64,000 bases of DNA from an uncultured virus (IMG/VR IMGVR_UViG_3300031951_000043) (taxonomy: Duplodnaviria > Heunggongvirae > Uroviricota > Caudoviricetes). How positions within the stretch are numbered: position 1 is the first letter of the stretch; every line of letters starts with the position of its first letter. The position numbers and the translations under genes were made by a program. The stretch is from IMG/VR virus record IMGVR_UViG_3300031951_000043; one strand, written 5' to 3'. Shown one piece after another: positions 47,162 to 57,974 of the stretch. The notes beneath the pieces were generated by a model. That model was not told the origin of the DNA. It worked only from the letters and a program-made list of their open reading frames with translations, and searched no databases.

Positions 47162-48349
47162 ATGGGAACATTAAAACCAGTAGGTAGTGAAAAATTACAG
47201 GGGGCGGATAAAATCGCTCGTATTATGGAAATTGCCAGATATAAAGAAGCTTTACCTAATCAAGAAAAAAATTTACAAACAGAATCATTTTCAGTTCAGT
47301 TAGCTGATGGTAATACCTATAGAATTTTATACGAGAAGAACGGCTATATTATTCAGAAATCTGTAAATGAATCATTTGATTATATTGAACCGATGAAGAA
47401 TAGAAAATATTATTCATCATATTCTGACGCATTTAAAAGAGTAAATTTGATTGCTAAGGAATTAAATACTTTGTATGAAAATAAAGACGGTGTTTCATTA
47501 TTTGGTGAACAAAAAAAGTTCGTTTTAAAGGCTCCAACACCTCCCGCACCAGAAATGGCTCCCGAAATTAGTGCTCCAGCACCTAATTCCGGAATACCAG
47601 AAACACCTGCGGTTGATGATATTTCTTTAGATATTGAAACACCTTCTACTGATTTAGCGGAACCAATGACCGGTGAAGTTCCTTCAGAAACAGGTGAAGT
47701 ATCGTTTAAACAAATACAAAAATTAACCGGAAAACTTGCTCAAAAATTAAGAGAATTTAAAGTTTCTGGTGAAATGTCATCAAAAGATATAAAATACGTT
47801 GTTAATTCAATATTATCTGCTTTGGATTTAACATCGCTTGAGGAGGAAGATAAAGAAGAAATTTTATCAAGATTTGATAGTGAAGATATGGATATTGACA
47901 TAGAAACTGACATGAGTGCTGAAGCTGGTCTTGAAACACCGGAAGAGGAAATTCCTATGGGTGAAGGTTGGGATGTTGAGGAATCATATGAGGAGGTTGA
48001 GGAGGAAGAATCACCTGAAAATAAATTCACAAAAGATATTATGGATTCAATTTTTTCAGAATCAAAAGTTGAATCTACATTAACAAAGTATTTTGAAAAA
48101 ACAAAATCAGAAATTTTAAGTGAACAGAAAAAATATAATCAATTTAAGGAAAGTTTAAAAACTAAAATTAAACAAGAATTAAGTGAAATTAAAAAATTAG
48201 CTGAGAATACTAATCAAGAAAAAAATGCTAAAACTTTCTTACGTGAGAACCCTACTTTTAACTTTGTTGGAAAAACTAATAAGAAAAGTTTAGTGTTTGA
48301 AAATAAAGGCGAACAAATAAGAATCACAAAGGAAGGTAATGTATTATGA
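47162..48349 (+). CDS. Putative head/core protein with acidic and Pro-rich linkers
   Basis: Operon leading to terminase; many x-x-E cleavage-like sites. Confidence 0.7.
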   Translation: MGTLKPVGSEKLQGADKIARIMEIARYKEALPNQEKNLQTESFSVQLADGNTYRILYEKNGYIIQKSVNESFDYIEPMKNRKYYSSYSDAFKRVNLIAKELNTLYENKDGVSLFGEQKKFVLKAPTPPAPEMAPEISAPAPNSGIPETPAVDDISLDIETPSTDLAEPMTGEVPSETGEVSFKQIQKLTGKLAQKLREFKVSGEMSSKDIKYVVNSILSALDLTSLEEEDKEEILSRFDSEDMDIDIETDMSAEAGLETPEEEIPMGEGWDVEESYEEVEEEESPENKFTKDIMDSIFSESKVESTLTKYFEKTKSEILSEQKKYNQFKESLKTKIKQELSEIKKLAENTNQEKNAKTFLRENPTFNFVGKTNKKSLVFENKGEQIRITKEGNVL

Positions 48350-48747
48350 GTCATCTAGTATATGTGAACGGGTTAGGACCAAATTATAAAGGTGAACATA
48401 TATATGAATTTATTTTTTCAGAATCTGATGAAATTAGTGGTGATTATTGGGACGCAAAACCATCGCATGGTCAACCAAAACCTCCAGATTTGGAGTATGT
48501 AAAAAAAGTTGGTATACTTAGAAATAGTGGTGTTATTTTTGACTTAATACAGAACTCTGACGTTTTTGGAATGGAAGACGCTGTAGATGGTATTATAGCA
48601 TTAGCTTGGGAAAACGACGAAACTAAAACTAATTTTAAAAAATTGGTATTCTTATTTGGTGAAGAAGAAAAAATTATAAAAGATAAACTATATTCAAGAG
48701 ATTTAATTCTTGAATTTGAAAAAGAAATGAGTTATGAAATCGATTAA
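48346..48747 (+). CDS. Hypothetical protein
   Basis: Translationally coupled ORF. Confidence 0.75.
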   Translation: MSHLVYVNGLGPNYKGEHIYEFIFSESDEISGDYWDAKPSHGQPKPPDLEYVKKVGILRNSGVIFDLIQNSDVFGMEDAVDGIIALAWENDETKTNFKKLVFLFGEEEKIIKDKLYSRDLILEFEKEMSYEID

Positions 48748-49432
48748 AGAAAAATACAACGAATTAATTCAAAAAGGTTTTTCCAAAAAAACCCTTTATT
48801 CTTTAAATGAGACTGAACTTTCAGATCTTCATAAGCTAATTACTGAACAAGTAAAACAAACAACTAAACAAGTTACAACCACAACAATTCCCTCGTCTGT
48901 TGCAAAATCAACCGGTGCTAATGTTGGTAATGTCGATATAAAACAGGACGCTTCCGGAAATATTGTTGCAACAAAAATGGAGGGTGAAATGAAAGAAGGT
49001 GGAAAGAAAAAAGTAAATCCTTGGGCGGTTTGTACTTCAAATATGGGTAAAAAGTTTGGTACAACTGAAAGAAGTGAGTGGAATAAAGAACAAATGGATG
49101 AATATGAGCGTTGTATTATGGATGTTAAAAAATCCGCAAAAAAATATAAGAAAAAAATTGATGAAGAATTGGAAAAACAACTTGTAAAGTTAGTTGAAAA
49201 GCATATCTCACCAAGAATGACTAAGGGTGATTTACTTAATTTAATTGAGCAAGGAACAAAAGAAGCGCCAACAAAACCTAAAGAAAAGGAAAAGGAGCGT
49301 ACAAAACCTTGGCATCCCGGAAGAGATCCCCGTCCCGGTGTTGAACCAGCACCGAAAGCTAAAAAATCGGATGAGAAGAAAAAAGAGGATATTATGAAAA
49401 TAATTGCAAAAATATTAAACAATAATGAGTAA
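48734..49432 (+). CDS. Hypothetical late protein
   Basis: NPWAVC..YERCI motif. Confidence 0.75.
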   Translation: MKSIKEKYNELIQKGFSKKTLYSLNETELSDLHKLITEQVKQTTKQVTTTTIPSSVAKSTGANVGNVDIKQDASGNIVATKMEGEMKEGGKKKVNPWAVCTSNMGKKFGTTERSEWNKEQMDEYERCIMDVKKSAKKYKKKIDEELEKQLVKLVEKHISPRMTKGDLLNLIEQGTKEAPTKPKEKEKERTKPWHPGRDPRPGVEPAPKAKKSDEKKKEDIMKIIAKILNNNE

Positions 49433-50669
49433 AAAATTTAAATTATCTGAAGCTCCGGTTGATTATGGTGATTATCCGGAAAGAATGGACCCAGAAACTG
49501 AAAGAAAAGTTTCAAGTCCCGAAAATCCATTTGCAAAAGCATTAAGAGGTGGTGTTTCTGATGTTGAAAAATTAATCGGTTCTCGATTTAAAAAAGTCGT
49601 TGATAAACTCAAAGCTGCGACTGGAATTGAGGATTTGAGCAATCATGAGGTTACTAGTAGCTTGGTCAAAGATTTGTTTAATAATATAAATAGCGTTGTT
49701 CAAATTGAATCGAGATATAAAGAAGAGTTAACAGAATTAGCGATTAAATTAGCGATAGACGCTGCTGATGCTGAAGAAGATTGGTATGAGATTGAGGCTC
49801 GTCTTAATCCGATTGGGATTGATACTTCAAAGTTTAGATTGAAAAAAGAAGCGCCGCCCAAATTTCAACCCTCAACTTCATTTGAAATGGATACTTTAAC
49901 AGATGAGGAAAAATTTGAATTAGAAAAGGCAAAAAGAAATATAATTAATGCTATTGTACAAGGCTCATCAAAAAAAGGACATTATATTTTTCAATTACCA
50001 GAAGTTAAAGAAAAGTTAGATGAAATTAATCCTTCGTTATATGATTTTTACTCTAAAATAATGGCGGTTAATGATATTATGTATTTTACTATGGATAAGC
50101 TTATTGAAGCTGCGAGTAAAACTGGTCGGGGTGTTGCTGGTAAAGTACAAACAATGAGTAATGATGATGAAGACGATGAAAATGCACCAGACATAAAAAT
50201 TGTTGCTGAAGGATTAATGTTTCCGATATTAGTTCATGAAATAATAAAAGGTATTGAGGAAGCAAAAGCTAAATATGGTTTACCCGAAGACCCTGAAATG
50301 GCGATGAAAGTTATGGGTCAAACAGATGTTCTTTCTCAGGAACCCATGCAATTAAGAATTGGACCTGAATTAGTGGAGAAAATAAAGTTTGCGTTACCCG
50401 CAGAAATTTTTGAACCCGAAAATAAAGGTTTAATTAGCTTTTTCCAAACTGAACTTTATTCTTTACCAGCTAAAGAATTCTTAGATGTTATTAGTGATAT
50501 TGTTTCTGAAAATGATGCTGAGAATAGAAACGGAATAAAAAAATTCAATGATTTATTGAAAATTGCAAAAAACAAAAAAAACCAATACGACAAATCAAAA
50601 AAATCAACTGATTCGGGTGATGATGAGGATGAGGAATTTGGTTCATTTTTAAAGGACTTAGGTTTATAA
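49425..50669 (+). CDS. Hypothetical protein upstream of terminase
   Basis: 414-aa ORF. Confidence 0.8.
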   Translation: MSKKFKLSEAPVDYGDYPERMDPETERKVSSPENPFAKALRGGVSDVEKLIGSRFKKVVDKLKAATGIEDLSNHEVTSSLVKDLFNNINSVVQIESRYKEELTELAIKLAIDAADAEEDWYEIEARLNPIGIDTSKFRLKKEAPPKFQPSTSFEMDTLTDEEKFELEKAKRNIINAIVQGSSKKGHYIFQLPEVKEKLDEINPSLYDFYSKIMAVNDIMYFTMDKLIEAASKTGRGVAGKVQTMSNDDEDDENAPDIKIVAEGLMFPILVHEIIKGIEEAKAKYGLPEDPEMAMKVMGQTDVLSQEPMQLRIGPELVEKIKFALPAEIFEPENKGLISFFQTELYSLPAKEFLDVISDIVSENDAENRNGIKKFNDLLKIAKNKKNQYDKSKKSTDSGDDEDEEFGSFLKDLGL

Positions 50670-50705
50670 AATCACTCTATTAGTTATTCTAATAGATAAT
50701 ATATA

Positions 50706-52475
50706 ATGCAAGGATTAACAAAAGAGCAATTAGCGTTAGAGTATGTTAGGTGTTTAAAAAGCACACCATATGCACTTAAAACGTATTTACAAACATATGA
50801 TAACACGGTACAAAAATATGTCCCTCTTGAGCTATTCAAAGACCAGCAACAACTAATCAACGATTATGATACGTTTGAAGAAAACATTGCGTTAAAATAT
50901 CGTCAAGCTGGCGTATCAACAGCTACAGCGGGTTGGGCTTCAAAAATACTTGCTTTTGCGAAAAAAGAAAAACCTGAAAAAATTCTAATTATTGCAAACA
51001 AATTGGATACCGCCGTTGAGATGGCGAATAAGATTAGAAGTTTTATTGACCAGTGGCCTAAATGGGTTGGTATTGAGTTTTCAGATGAAAAGAACGCTGC
51101 TAGACATTTTAAATTAAATAATGATAGTGAGGTTAAAGCTGTTGCCACTTCTAAAGATGCTCTTAGAGGTTATACACCAACAATTCTTATTTTTGATGAG
51201 GCAGCTTATATTGAAGCTGATGATGATTTCTGGGCTGCTTGTATGGCATCTCTTTCCACCGGTGGTAAAGTCATTGTAATATCAACACCAAACGGATTTG
51301 ATCCAATTTATTATGAAATTTATGACCAATCAATTCGTAATATGAATAACTTCAAAATTACAGAAATGTATTGGTATAGAGATCCCAGATATACAAAAGA
51401 TTTATATCTAGTTAAAACAAATGATATCGTGGATTATCTTTTAAATAGAGAAGAAAGAAAAGATTTAGAAATTATTGATTTTTCACATATAAGTCCACAT
51501 GAAAGAGATTTTAATATAATCAAGGATTATATTGGTCAAGGGTTCAAACCATGCTCAACATGGTTTGAAAATATGGTTAAAAAATTAAAATATGATAGAA
51601 GAAAAGTTGCACAAGAACTAGATTGTCAGTTTTTAGGTTCAGGTGACAACGTTGTAGATTCAACAATTCTTGAAGATATTAGAGAAAATCAAGTTTGTGA
51701 GCCAAAATATAAAACAATGGGAGGTTCTTTATGGGTTTGGAAAGAACCCGAACTTGGTCATAAGTACGTTTGTGGCTTGGATGTCTCAAGAGGAGACAGT
51801 GATGATTTTTCAGCTTTTCAGATAATTGATTTTGAAACCAGAGAACAAGTTGCGGAATATCTTGGTAAAGTACCACCAGATGTGATGGCGGAAATAGCGT
51901 ATAAGTGGGGAACAACATATAACGCTTATATTGTTATTGATATTACCGGTGGTATGGGGGTTTCTACTGCTAGAAAATTACAAGAATTAAATTATAAAAA
52001 TTTATATATCGATGGGCTTGAGCTTGGTAATAAATGGAAATATGATGCAAAAGCACTTGATAAAATTCCCGGTATTAATTTCAATAATAAAAGAGTTCAG
52101 ATTATTTCTTCATTTGAGGAGGCTTTAAGACATAAATTTAAAGTTTATAGTAGTAGATTATTAAATGAGTTAAATTCATTTGTTTATATTAATGGTAGAC
52201 CTGATCACCAAAAGGGTCGTCATGATGATTTAATCATGTCAATTGCTATGGCAATTTATGTTTCCGAATTTTCTTTCACACAATTAGAAAAAGTTACGGA
52301 ACATACGAAAGTTATGATTGAATCATGGCAAGTTAATACATATGAACCAAAACAAACTTCACAATTCTTTAATCCAAGCGTATCTTTTACTGATGATAAA
52401 AGTATATATAGAAATAACCCAACAAGAAAAGACTATGAACAACATTCTTGGTTATTTGGTGGGATAAGAAGGTAA
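50706..52475 (+). CDS. gp17: Terminase large subunit (T4 gp17-like)
   Basis: KYRQAGVST, LIFDEAA, ISTPNG, GLDVSRG, HDDLIMS. Confidence 0.95.
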   Translation: MQGLTKEQLALEYVRCLKSTPYALKTYLQTYDNTVQKYVPLELFKDQQQLINDYDTFEENIALKYRQAGVSTATAGWASKILAFAKKEKPEKILIIANKLDTAVEMANKIRSFIDQWPKWVGIEFSDEKNAARHFKLNNDSEVKAVATSKDALRGYTPTILIFDEAAYIEADDDFWAACMASLSTGGKVIVISTPNGFDPIYYEIYDQSIRNMNNFKITEMYWYRDPRYTKDLYLVKTNDIVDYLLNREERKDLEIIDFSHISPHERDFNIIKDYIGQGFKPCSTWFENMVKKLKYDRRKVAQELDCQFLGSGDNVVDSTILEDIRENQVCEPKYKTMGGSLWVWKEPELGHKYVCGLDVSRGDSDDFSAFQIIDFETREQVAEYLGKVPPDVMAEIAYKWGTTYNAYIVIDITGGMGVSTARKLQELNYKNLYIDGLELGNKWKYDAKALDKIPGINFNNKRVQIISSFEEALRHKFKVYSSRLLNELNSFVYINGRPDHQKGRHDDLIMSIAMAIYVSEFSFTQLEKVTEHTKVMIESWQVNTYEPKQTSQFFNPSVSFTDDKSIYRNNPTRKDYEQHSWLFGGIRR

Positions 52476-52487
52476 AAAAGATATAAA

Positions 52488-55400
52488 ATGGAAGATGAAA
52501 AACTAACAATATGGCAACGACTTTCTAAAGGATTTGGTCCAAACTCATTACTTGGACAAGAAAGTCCAACATTTAAATTTGATAAGAAGGTTTTATTAAA
52601 AACACCGAATAAGCAAGAGTACGAAAGAGAAAAACTCCAAGCACAACAAACAGCTTATTTAACATACCAATGGAGTAAGATTGAAAATAATTTATATACA
52701 CAATCAGTATATTATGAACCCACTAGATTAGCATCATATTATGATTATGAGAGTATGGAATATTTTCCGGAAATTTCAGCAGCATTAGATACATTTTCGG
52801 AAGAATCTACAACGCCAAATCAAGATGGTCAAATGTTACAGATTTATTCTGAATCAAAAAGAATTAAATCAATTTTAACAGATTTATTCTATAATCAATT
52901 AGATATTAACACAAATCTACCCATGTGGACAAGAAATACTTGTAAGTATGGTGATAATTTTGTGTTTTTAAAACTAGACCCAGAAAAAGGTATTGTTGGT
53001 TGTTTTCAACTACCAAATATTGAAATTGAACGTATTGAAAAGGGGATGGTTAAACGTCCGGGTGGGACACCAAATAGCGACCCAGAAAATAAACAAATGA
53101 AATTCTCTTGGAAACAAAAAGATTTAGATTTTAATACTTGGGAGGTCGCACATTTTAGATTATTGGGTGATGATAGAAAATTACCATACGGTACTTCGAT
53201 GTTAGAAAAAGCGAGAAGAATTTGGAAACAATTAGTTCTTGCTGAAGATGCAATGTTAATTTATAGAACATCTAGAGCACCGGAAAGAAGAGTATTTAAA
53301 GTTTTTGTTGGTAATATGGATGATAAAGATGTTGAAGCATATGTGCAAAGATTTGCAAATAAATTTAAGCGAGACCAAGTAGCGGACCCAAAAACGGGTA
53401 ATGTGGATTTACGTTTTAATCAAATGGCGGTAGACCAAGATTATTTTGTACCGGTTAGGGATATTGCTGCACCTAATCCGATTGATACATTACCGGGAGC
53501 GTGTATTGATTTAAATACCAGAATTCCCCTTCTTGATGGTAGAACTTTAACTTTACAACAAATAATTAATGAGTGGGATAATGGTAATAGAAACTTATGG
53601 GTTTATTCTTGTGACCCAAATACAGGGTCCGTACATCCGGGTATGGTAACTTGGGCTGGTGTAACAAGAAAAGACGCTGAAGTTATTAAAATTACATTAG
53701 ACAATGGTGAAGAGGTGATTACAACTCCAGACCATAAATTTGTTCATAGAACTAGAGAATTTGTTGAAGCGAAAGATTTAATTGTTGGGGATAGTTTAAT
53801 GCCTTTTTATTCAAGAACCGAAAAAATAAAGACCAACACTAATGATTATCACCAAATTTTTGATAATGAAAAAAATCAATGGGTTTTTACGCATAGAATG
53901 GTAAAAAACAGTACTGTTGGTAGTTCTTTAGTAAAAGAATGGGTTTTTAATTCTGAATTTAAAAATAAAGATAAAAAAATAATTCACCATAAAGACCATA
54001 ATCGCTTTAATAATAATCCAAATAATTTACTAATAATGAATGGTGAAGACCATTTAAAATATCACCAACATATCATAAAAGAAACGATTTGGAAAGATAT
54101 TGAACTTAATAAGAAAAAAATTTCAGAAGGTATTAAAAATTATTTAAATAATCTTTCTTCAGATGAATTACAAAAAAGACATGAAAGAATTAATAATCCA
54201 ATATCAAAAGCTAAAACAACTAAAAAGTTATTGGAATGGAATAAAAATGATGAAAATTTAAAAAATAAAGGTAAAAAAATTTCAAAAGCTTATACAGAAG
54301 AAAGAAAAAATAAGATAAAGGAATTAAATTTAATAAGGTGGTTGAATGATGATTATCGAAATAAAGTTTTTTCTAAAAAACAAACAATAACATTTGATGA
54401 TTATATATATAATTCATTTGTTAGTGAATTTAAAAAGACTTTACGTGCTGATTTAGCGTTAAAGAACTTAAATAATTCTTTTGAATTTATTTCACATTTT
54501 AAACAAATTAATGAGGAAATTAGAAGTTCGTTAACAAACTTAAATGAATTCACGCAAAACCATGTAGATAAAATGGTTAAACAACAAGGGTTTAAAAATT
54601 TTACTGAATGGAAACATTTTGAGTGTAAAAAGAGAGGATTTAAAAATATTCGTCAATGGAAATATAATGTTGAGAAAGAAATTTATTTTAACCATAAAAT
54701 AACAAAAATTGAATGGTTAACAAATAAAATTGACACTGGTACGATTACGGTTGATGGTAATGAATTATATTCAAAATCTCACACTTTTGCTATTGAAAGT
54801 GGTATTTTTATTAAAAATTCTAACCTTTCTGAAATTGCAGATATAGAATACATCCAGAAAAAACTTTTAACAGCATTAAGGATACCAAAAGCGTTCCTTG
54901 GGTTTGAAGAAGTTGTTGCTGATGGTAAAAATCTTGCGTTACAAGATATTCGTTTTGCTAGAACAATTAACAGAATACAAAAAAGTATGTTAGCGGAATT
55001 AAATAAAATTGCTATTATACATTTATTTATTTTAGGTTTTGAAGATGAACTTTCTAACTTTACATTAGGATTAACAAACCCATCAACACAAGCTGATTTA
55101 TTAAAGGTTGAGGTTTGGAAAGAGAAAATCTTACTTTATAAAGACGCTGTTGCAGGAATTGAGGGTATTGCACCAACTTCACATTCTTGGGCTAAAAAAC
55201 ATATTCTTGGTTTCTCGGATGATGAAATTAAACTTGATATTCAACAACAAAGAATTGAAAAGGCGGTCGCAAAAGAACTTGAGAACACACCAAATGTGAT
55301 TGTAAAAACAGGTATTTTTGATAGTGTTGATGCAATCTACGGTCAAAAAGGTGGTGGTACTCAAGCTGGAACTCCCCCTCAAGAACCAACATCTGATATG

Positions 55401-55628
55401 ACAATGCCTGAAACTAGTCCAGCATCATCACCATCAATAACTCCACCAGAAGCTCCTGAGAGCGCACCAACTGAAACTCCAACAACAGTACCTGAATCAA
55501 AACAGGAAAGAGTAAATATTTTACTTGAAGGTGGTCTTTTAAATGAAGATGAAGAAATCGATTTGAGTAAAGCTAGAATTCAATTAGGTGAAATGGAAGA
55601 ACATTTAAATAAACTTCTAAAGTCGTGA
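52488..55628 (+). CDS. gp20: Portal protein (T4 gp20-like) containing an intein
   Basis: EDAMLIYR.SRAPERRVF, DYFVP, ALRIPKAFL, QDIRFAR. Confidence 0.93.
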   Translation: MEDEKLTIWQRLSKGFGPNSLLGQESPTFKFDKKVLLKTPNKQEYEREKLQAQQTAYLTYQWSKIENNLYTQSVYYEPTRLASYYDYESMEYFPEISAALDTFSEESTTPNQDGQMLQIYSESKRIKSILTDLFYNQLDINTNLPMWTRNTCKYGDNFVFLKLDPEKGIVGCFQLPNIEIERIEKGMVKRPGGTPNSDPENKQMKFSWKQKDLDFNTWEVAHFRLLGDDRKLPYGTSMLEKARRIWKQLVLAEDAMLIYRTSRAPERRVFKVFVGNMDDKDVEAYVQRFANKFKRDQVADPKTGNVDLRFNQMAVDQDYFVPVRDIAAPNPIDTLPGACIDLNTRIPLLDGRTLTLQQIINEWDNGNRNLWVYSCDPNTGSVHPGMVTWAGVTRKDAEVIKITLDNGEEVITTPDHKFVHRTREFVEAKDLIVGDSLMPFYSRTEKIKTNTNDYHQIFDNEKNQWVFTHRMVKNSTVGSSLVKEWVFNSEFKNKDKKIIHHKDHNRFNNNPNNLLIMNGEDHLKYHQHIIKETIWKDIELNKKKISEGIKNYLNNLSSDELQKRHERINNPISKAKTTKKLLEWNKNDENLKNKGKKISKAYTEERKNKIKELNLIRWLNDDYRNKVFSKKQTITFDDYIYNSFVSEFKKTLRADLALKNLNNSFEFISHFKQINEEIRSSLTNLNEFTQNHVDKMVKQQGFKNFTEWKHFECKKRGFKNIRQWKYNVEKEIYFNHKITKIEWLTNKIDTGTITVDGNELYSKSHTFAIESGIFIKNSNLSEIADIEYIQKKLLTALRIPKAFLGFEEVVADGKNLALQDIRFARTINRIQKSMLAELNKIAIIHLFILGFEDELSNFTLGLTNPSTQADLLKVEVWKEKILLYKDAVAGIEGIAPTSHSWAKKHILGFSDDEIKLDIQQQRIEKAVAKELENTPNVIVKTGIFDSVDAIYGQKGGGTQAGTPPQEPTSDMTMPETSPASSPSITPPEAPESAPTETPTTVPESKQERVNILLEGGLLNEDEEIDLSKARIQLGEMEEHLNKLLKS
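53502..54818 (+). mobile_element. Intein (439 aa) with HNH homing endonuclease in the portal gene
   Basis: GA/CIDLNT, TTPDHKF, HHKDHNRFNNNPNNL, HTFAIESGIFIKN/S. Confidence 0.9.
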
Positions 55629-55655
55629 TATTTATTTAAAAATATATTTTGAAAA

Positions 55656-56363
55656 ATGAAAACCTTTGGAACTATAAAAACAAAAATTGAGGATAAATTA
55701 ACTGATTCCTACAAAAAAAATACATTTAAAAAAGAATTAAAGAAATTTAAAACACTTGTTTTAGAAGATAAAAATGTTGTGCAAATTTATCACATTTATG
55801 ACAATTTATCTAAACCTCAAGGATATTCCGAAGAAACATCAAAATTATTTTTAGATGAAGCAATTAATATGGTTAAAAAATCAATCGAAAAAACTGATTT
55901 TAAAAAATTAAATGAATGGATAAGTGATGTAAAATCTGAAAACAGATATTCACATATTGATATGATTGTTGAGGGTAAAGTCCAACAAATTGAATCTATT
56001 ATTAATAGTAAAAAATTAATAATTGAAAATTTACAGAAAAAACAAGATAAGAAAGAGGTAATTAATCTACCACTAAAAACTATGTTAGGTGTAGCAAATA
56101 AAGCATTAAATTCAATTGTGTCTAATTTGAATGAGGAAGAGAAAAAAGAGTTAACTCATATTATTTCTTTATCTGAAAATGATATAAAAATTCAATTTAG
56201 TGATTTAAAGGAAAGTACAATAAAAAAATTAGAAAGTTTATTATTAGAACAAACTGATGTCGAGTTGGTTAATAAGATTCAAGATACTATTACAAAAATA
56301 AAAGATGAGACTCCCGGAAGTTTAAGTCTATATAAGTTACTAACGTTAAATAAAACATTTTAA
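55656..56363 (+). CDS. Hypothetical head-module protein
   Basis: Between portal and protease; late motif upstream. Confidence 0.8.
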   Translation: MKTFGTIKTKIEDKLTDSYKKNTFKKELKKFKTLVLEDKNVVQIYHIYDNLSKPQGYSEETSKLFLDEAINMVKKSIEKTDFKKLNEWISDVKSENRYSHIDMIVEGKVQQIESIINSKKLIIENLQKKQDKKEVINLPLKTMLGVANKALNSIVSNLNEEEKKELTHIISLSENDIKIQFSDLKESTIKKLESLLLEQTDVELVNKIQDTITKIKDETPGSLSLYKLLTLNKTF

Positions 56364-56433
56364 AAAAAATTTGTTAATTCAGTATTTGTTTTCTATACTT
56401 TAAAAAATAAACTTTTATGTGAGATGAGTATAG

Positions 56434-56904
56434 ATGAAGACAGGAAAAACATTAAAACTAACCGGTTATAATAATATAAAAGTTAGTTACGGTACGGTGG
56501 ATTTTAAAAATTTTAAATCGTTATATTTAAATATTCAAAGTTGGTTGCAACCAAAGATTGATTTGGAAGATTGGGATCGAGTCGTGGGTAATTTACGAAA
56601 AGATGTAAAGCACGTAATTCATGATATATTAAATCCAATTTTTTTTGAAAATAATTATATTGTTGATTTGGATTTAAGAACTAGCGGAATCCAATATGGA
56701 AAAAGGAGTTTTATGAATTTAGAAATAACACTTTACGTTAAAAACAATATAAACTTTAAATCAAGTGAACTTAGAAATGAACTTAATTACATTTCAAGAA
56801 CAATAAATGATAATGTCTTTTTAAATAATAAATATTTTACATATTCAATAACAAAAAAGATTACACAAGAAAATATATTAGAAAATACACATATTTATAG
56901 ATAA
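56434..56904 (+). CDS. Hypothetical protein
   Basis: ORF. Confidence 0.78.
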   Translation: MKTGKTLKLTGYNNIKVSYGTVDFKNFKSLYLNIQSWLQPKIDLEDWDRVVGNLRKDVKHVIHDILNPIFFENNYIVDLDLRTSGIQYGKRSFMNLEITLYVKNNINFKSSELRNELNYISRTINDNVFLNNKYFTYSITKKITQENILENTHIYR

Positions 56905-56914
56905 AAAATTATCT

Positions 56915-57637
56915 ATGAAAATCTTAGGACCAAACGAAATAGGACAAAGAGGTATTCTTATTGAAATGGATGCTGGTTATATTTCACCAAGTGATGAACG
57001 TAATTTAGCAATCATTAAAGAATCTAAAAACTTATTGGATTATTCAAAACCATTTGAATTTTATGCTGTATTACAAAAATACGGAGTACCAAACAGAAAT
57101 GGTAGAATTTATCCTGAAAGTATATTAAAAAGAGAATCTGAAAATTATTTAAAATTAATCAAACAAGGGAAAGCTATGAGTGAATTAAATCACCCAGAAT
57201 CTTCCCTTATTGATTTGGATAGAGTTTCACATCTTATTACAGATATGTGGTGGGACGGTCATATTTTAATGGGTAAATTAAAGTTATTAACATCACCCGG
57301 ATTCCATGAAAGAGGTATTGTATCAACAAAAGCGGACATTGCTGCTAATTTGTTAAGACACGGTGCAACTTTGGGTATTTCCTCAAGAGGTGTTGGTTCA
57401 TTGGTTAAAAAGGGTGAACAAAATGAGGTTCAATCAGATTTTGAATTAATTTGTTTTGATTTGGTATCATCACCTTCAACACCGGGTGCGTATCTCTTTA
57501 GTGATGTTAATGATAGAAACAAATTTGAAGAGAATATTGAGGAAGAGAAAAAATTGAGACAGCAGCCTATTTCAGATAAAAAAGAAATTAAGTCACTTGA
57601 CTTAATGAAAAGATTATCCGATTATTTGGGAAAATAA
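56915..57637 (+). CDS. gp21: Prohead core protease (T4 gp21-like)
   Basis: NRNGRIYP, ELNHP, RVSH, GISSRGVGS, DLVSSPSTPGA. Confidence 0.95.
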   Translation: MKILGPNEIGQRGILIEMDAGYISPSDERNLAIIKESKNLLDYSKPFEFYAVLQKYGVPNRNGRIYPESILKRESENYLKLIKQGKAMSELNHPESSLIDLDRVSHLITDMWWDGHILMGKLKLLTSPGFHERGIVSTKADIAANLLRHGATLGISSRGVGSLVKKGEQNEVQSDFELICFDLVSSPSTPGAYLFSDVNDRNKFEENIEEEKKLRQQPISDKKEIKSLDLMKRLSDYLGK

Positions 57638-57654
57638 TCTAAAACATTTTAAAA

Positions 57655-57870
57655 ATGAACGAAAATCAAAAGTATTTTGTGGCAAAAGTTTCTTTGGACA
57701 TTCCAGATCTTGACAGCGGTAGAATTAAAACAAAAAAAGAAGAGAAATTAGTTATGGGATATTCCGTAACTGATGTTGAAGCTAAAATTACAAAAAAATA
57801 TGAAGGATTTCCTAGTGATTGGAGAATTACTGCGGTAGTTGAGAGTAAAATAGATGAGGTGATAAGTTAA
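57655..57870 (+). CDS. Small protein, DUF4494-like
   Basis: LV.GYSVTDVEAKI..RITAV.ESKI. Confidence 0.6.
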   Translation: MNENQKYFVAKVSLDIPDLDSGRIKTKKEEKLVMGYSVTDVEAKITKKYEGFPSDWRITAVVESKIDEVIS

Positions 57871-57891
57871 TAACTTTATAAATAATTTAAT

Positions 57892-57920
57892 AAAAAGAGG
57901 ACATTTTGTCCTCTTTTTTT
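57892..57920 (+). terminator. Intrinsic terminator
   Basis: GAGGACA-TTT-TGTCCTC plus T-tract. Confidence 0.8.
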
Positions 57921-57974
57921 GTTTTTTTATGATTTTTTCAAATTAGCACATATTTATTGTTAAAAATATAATAA

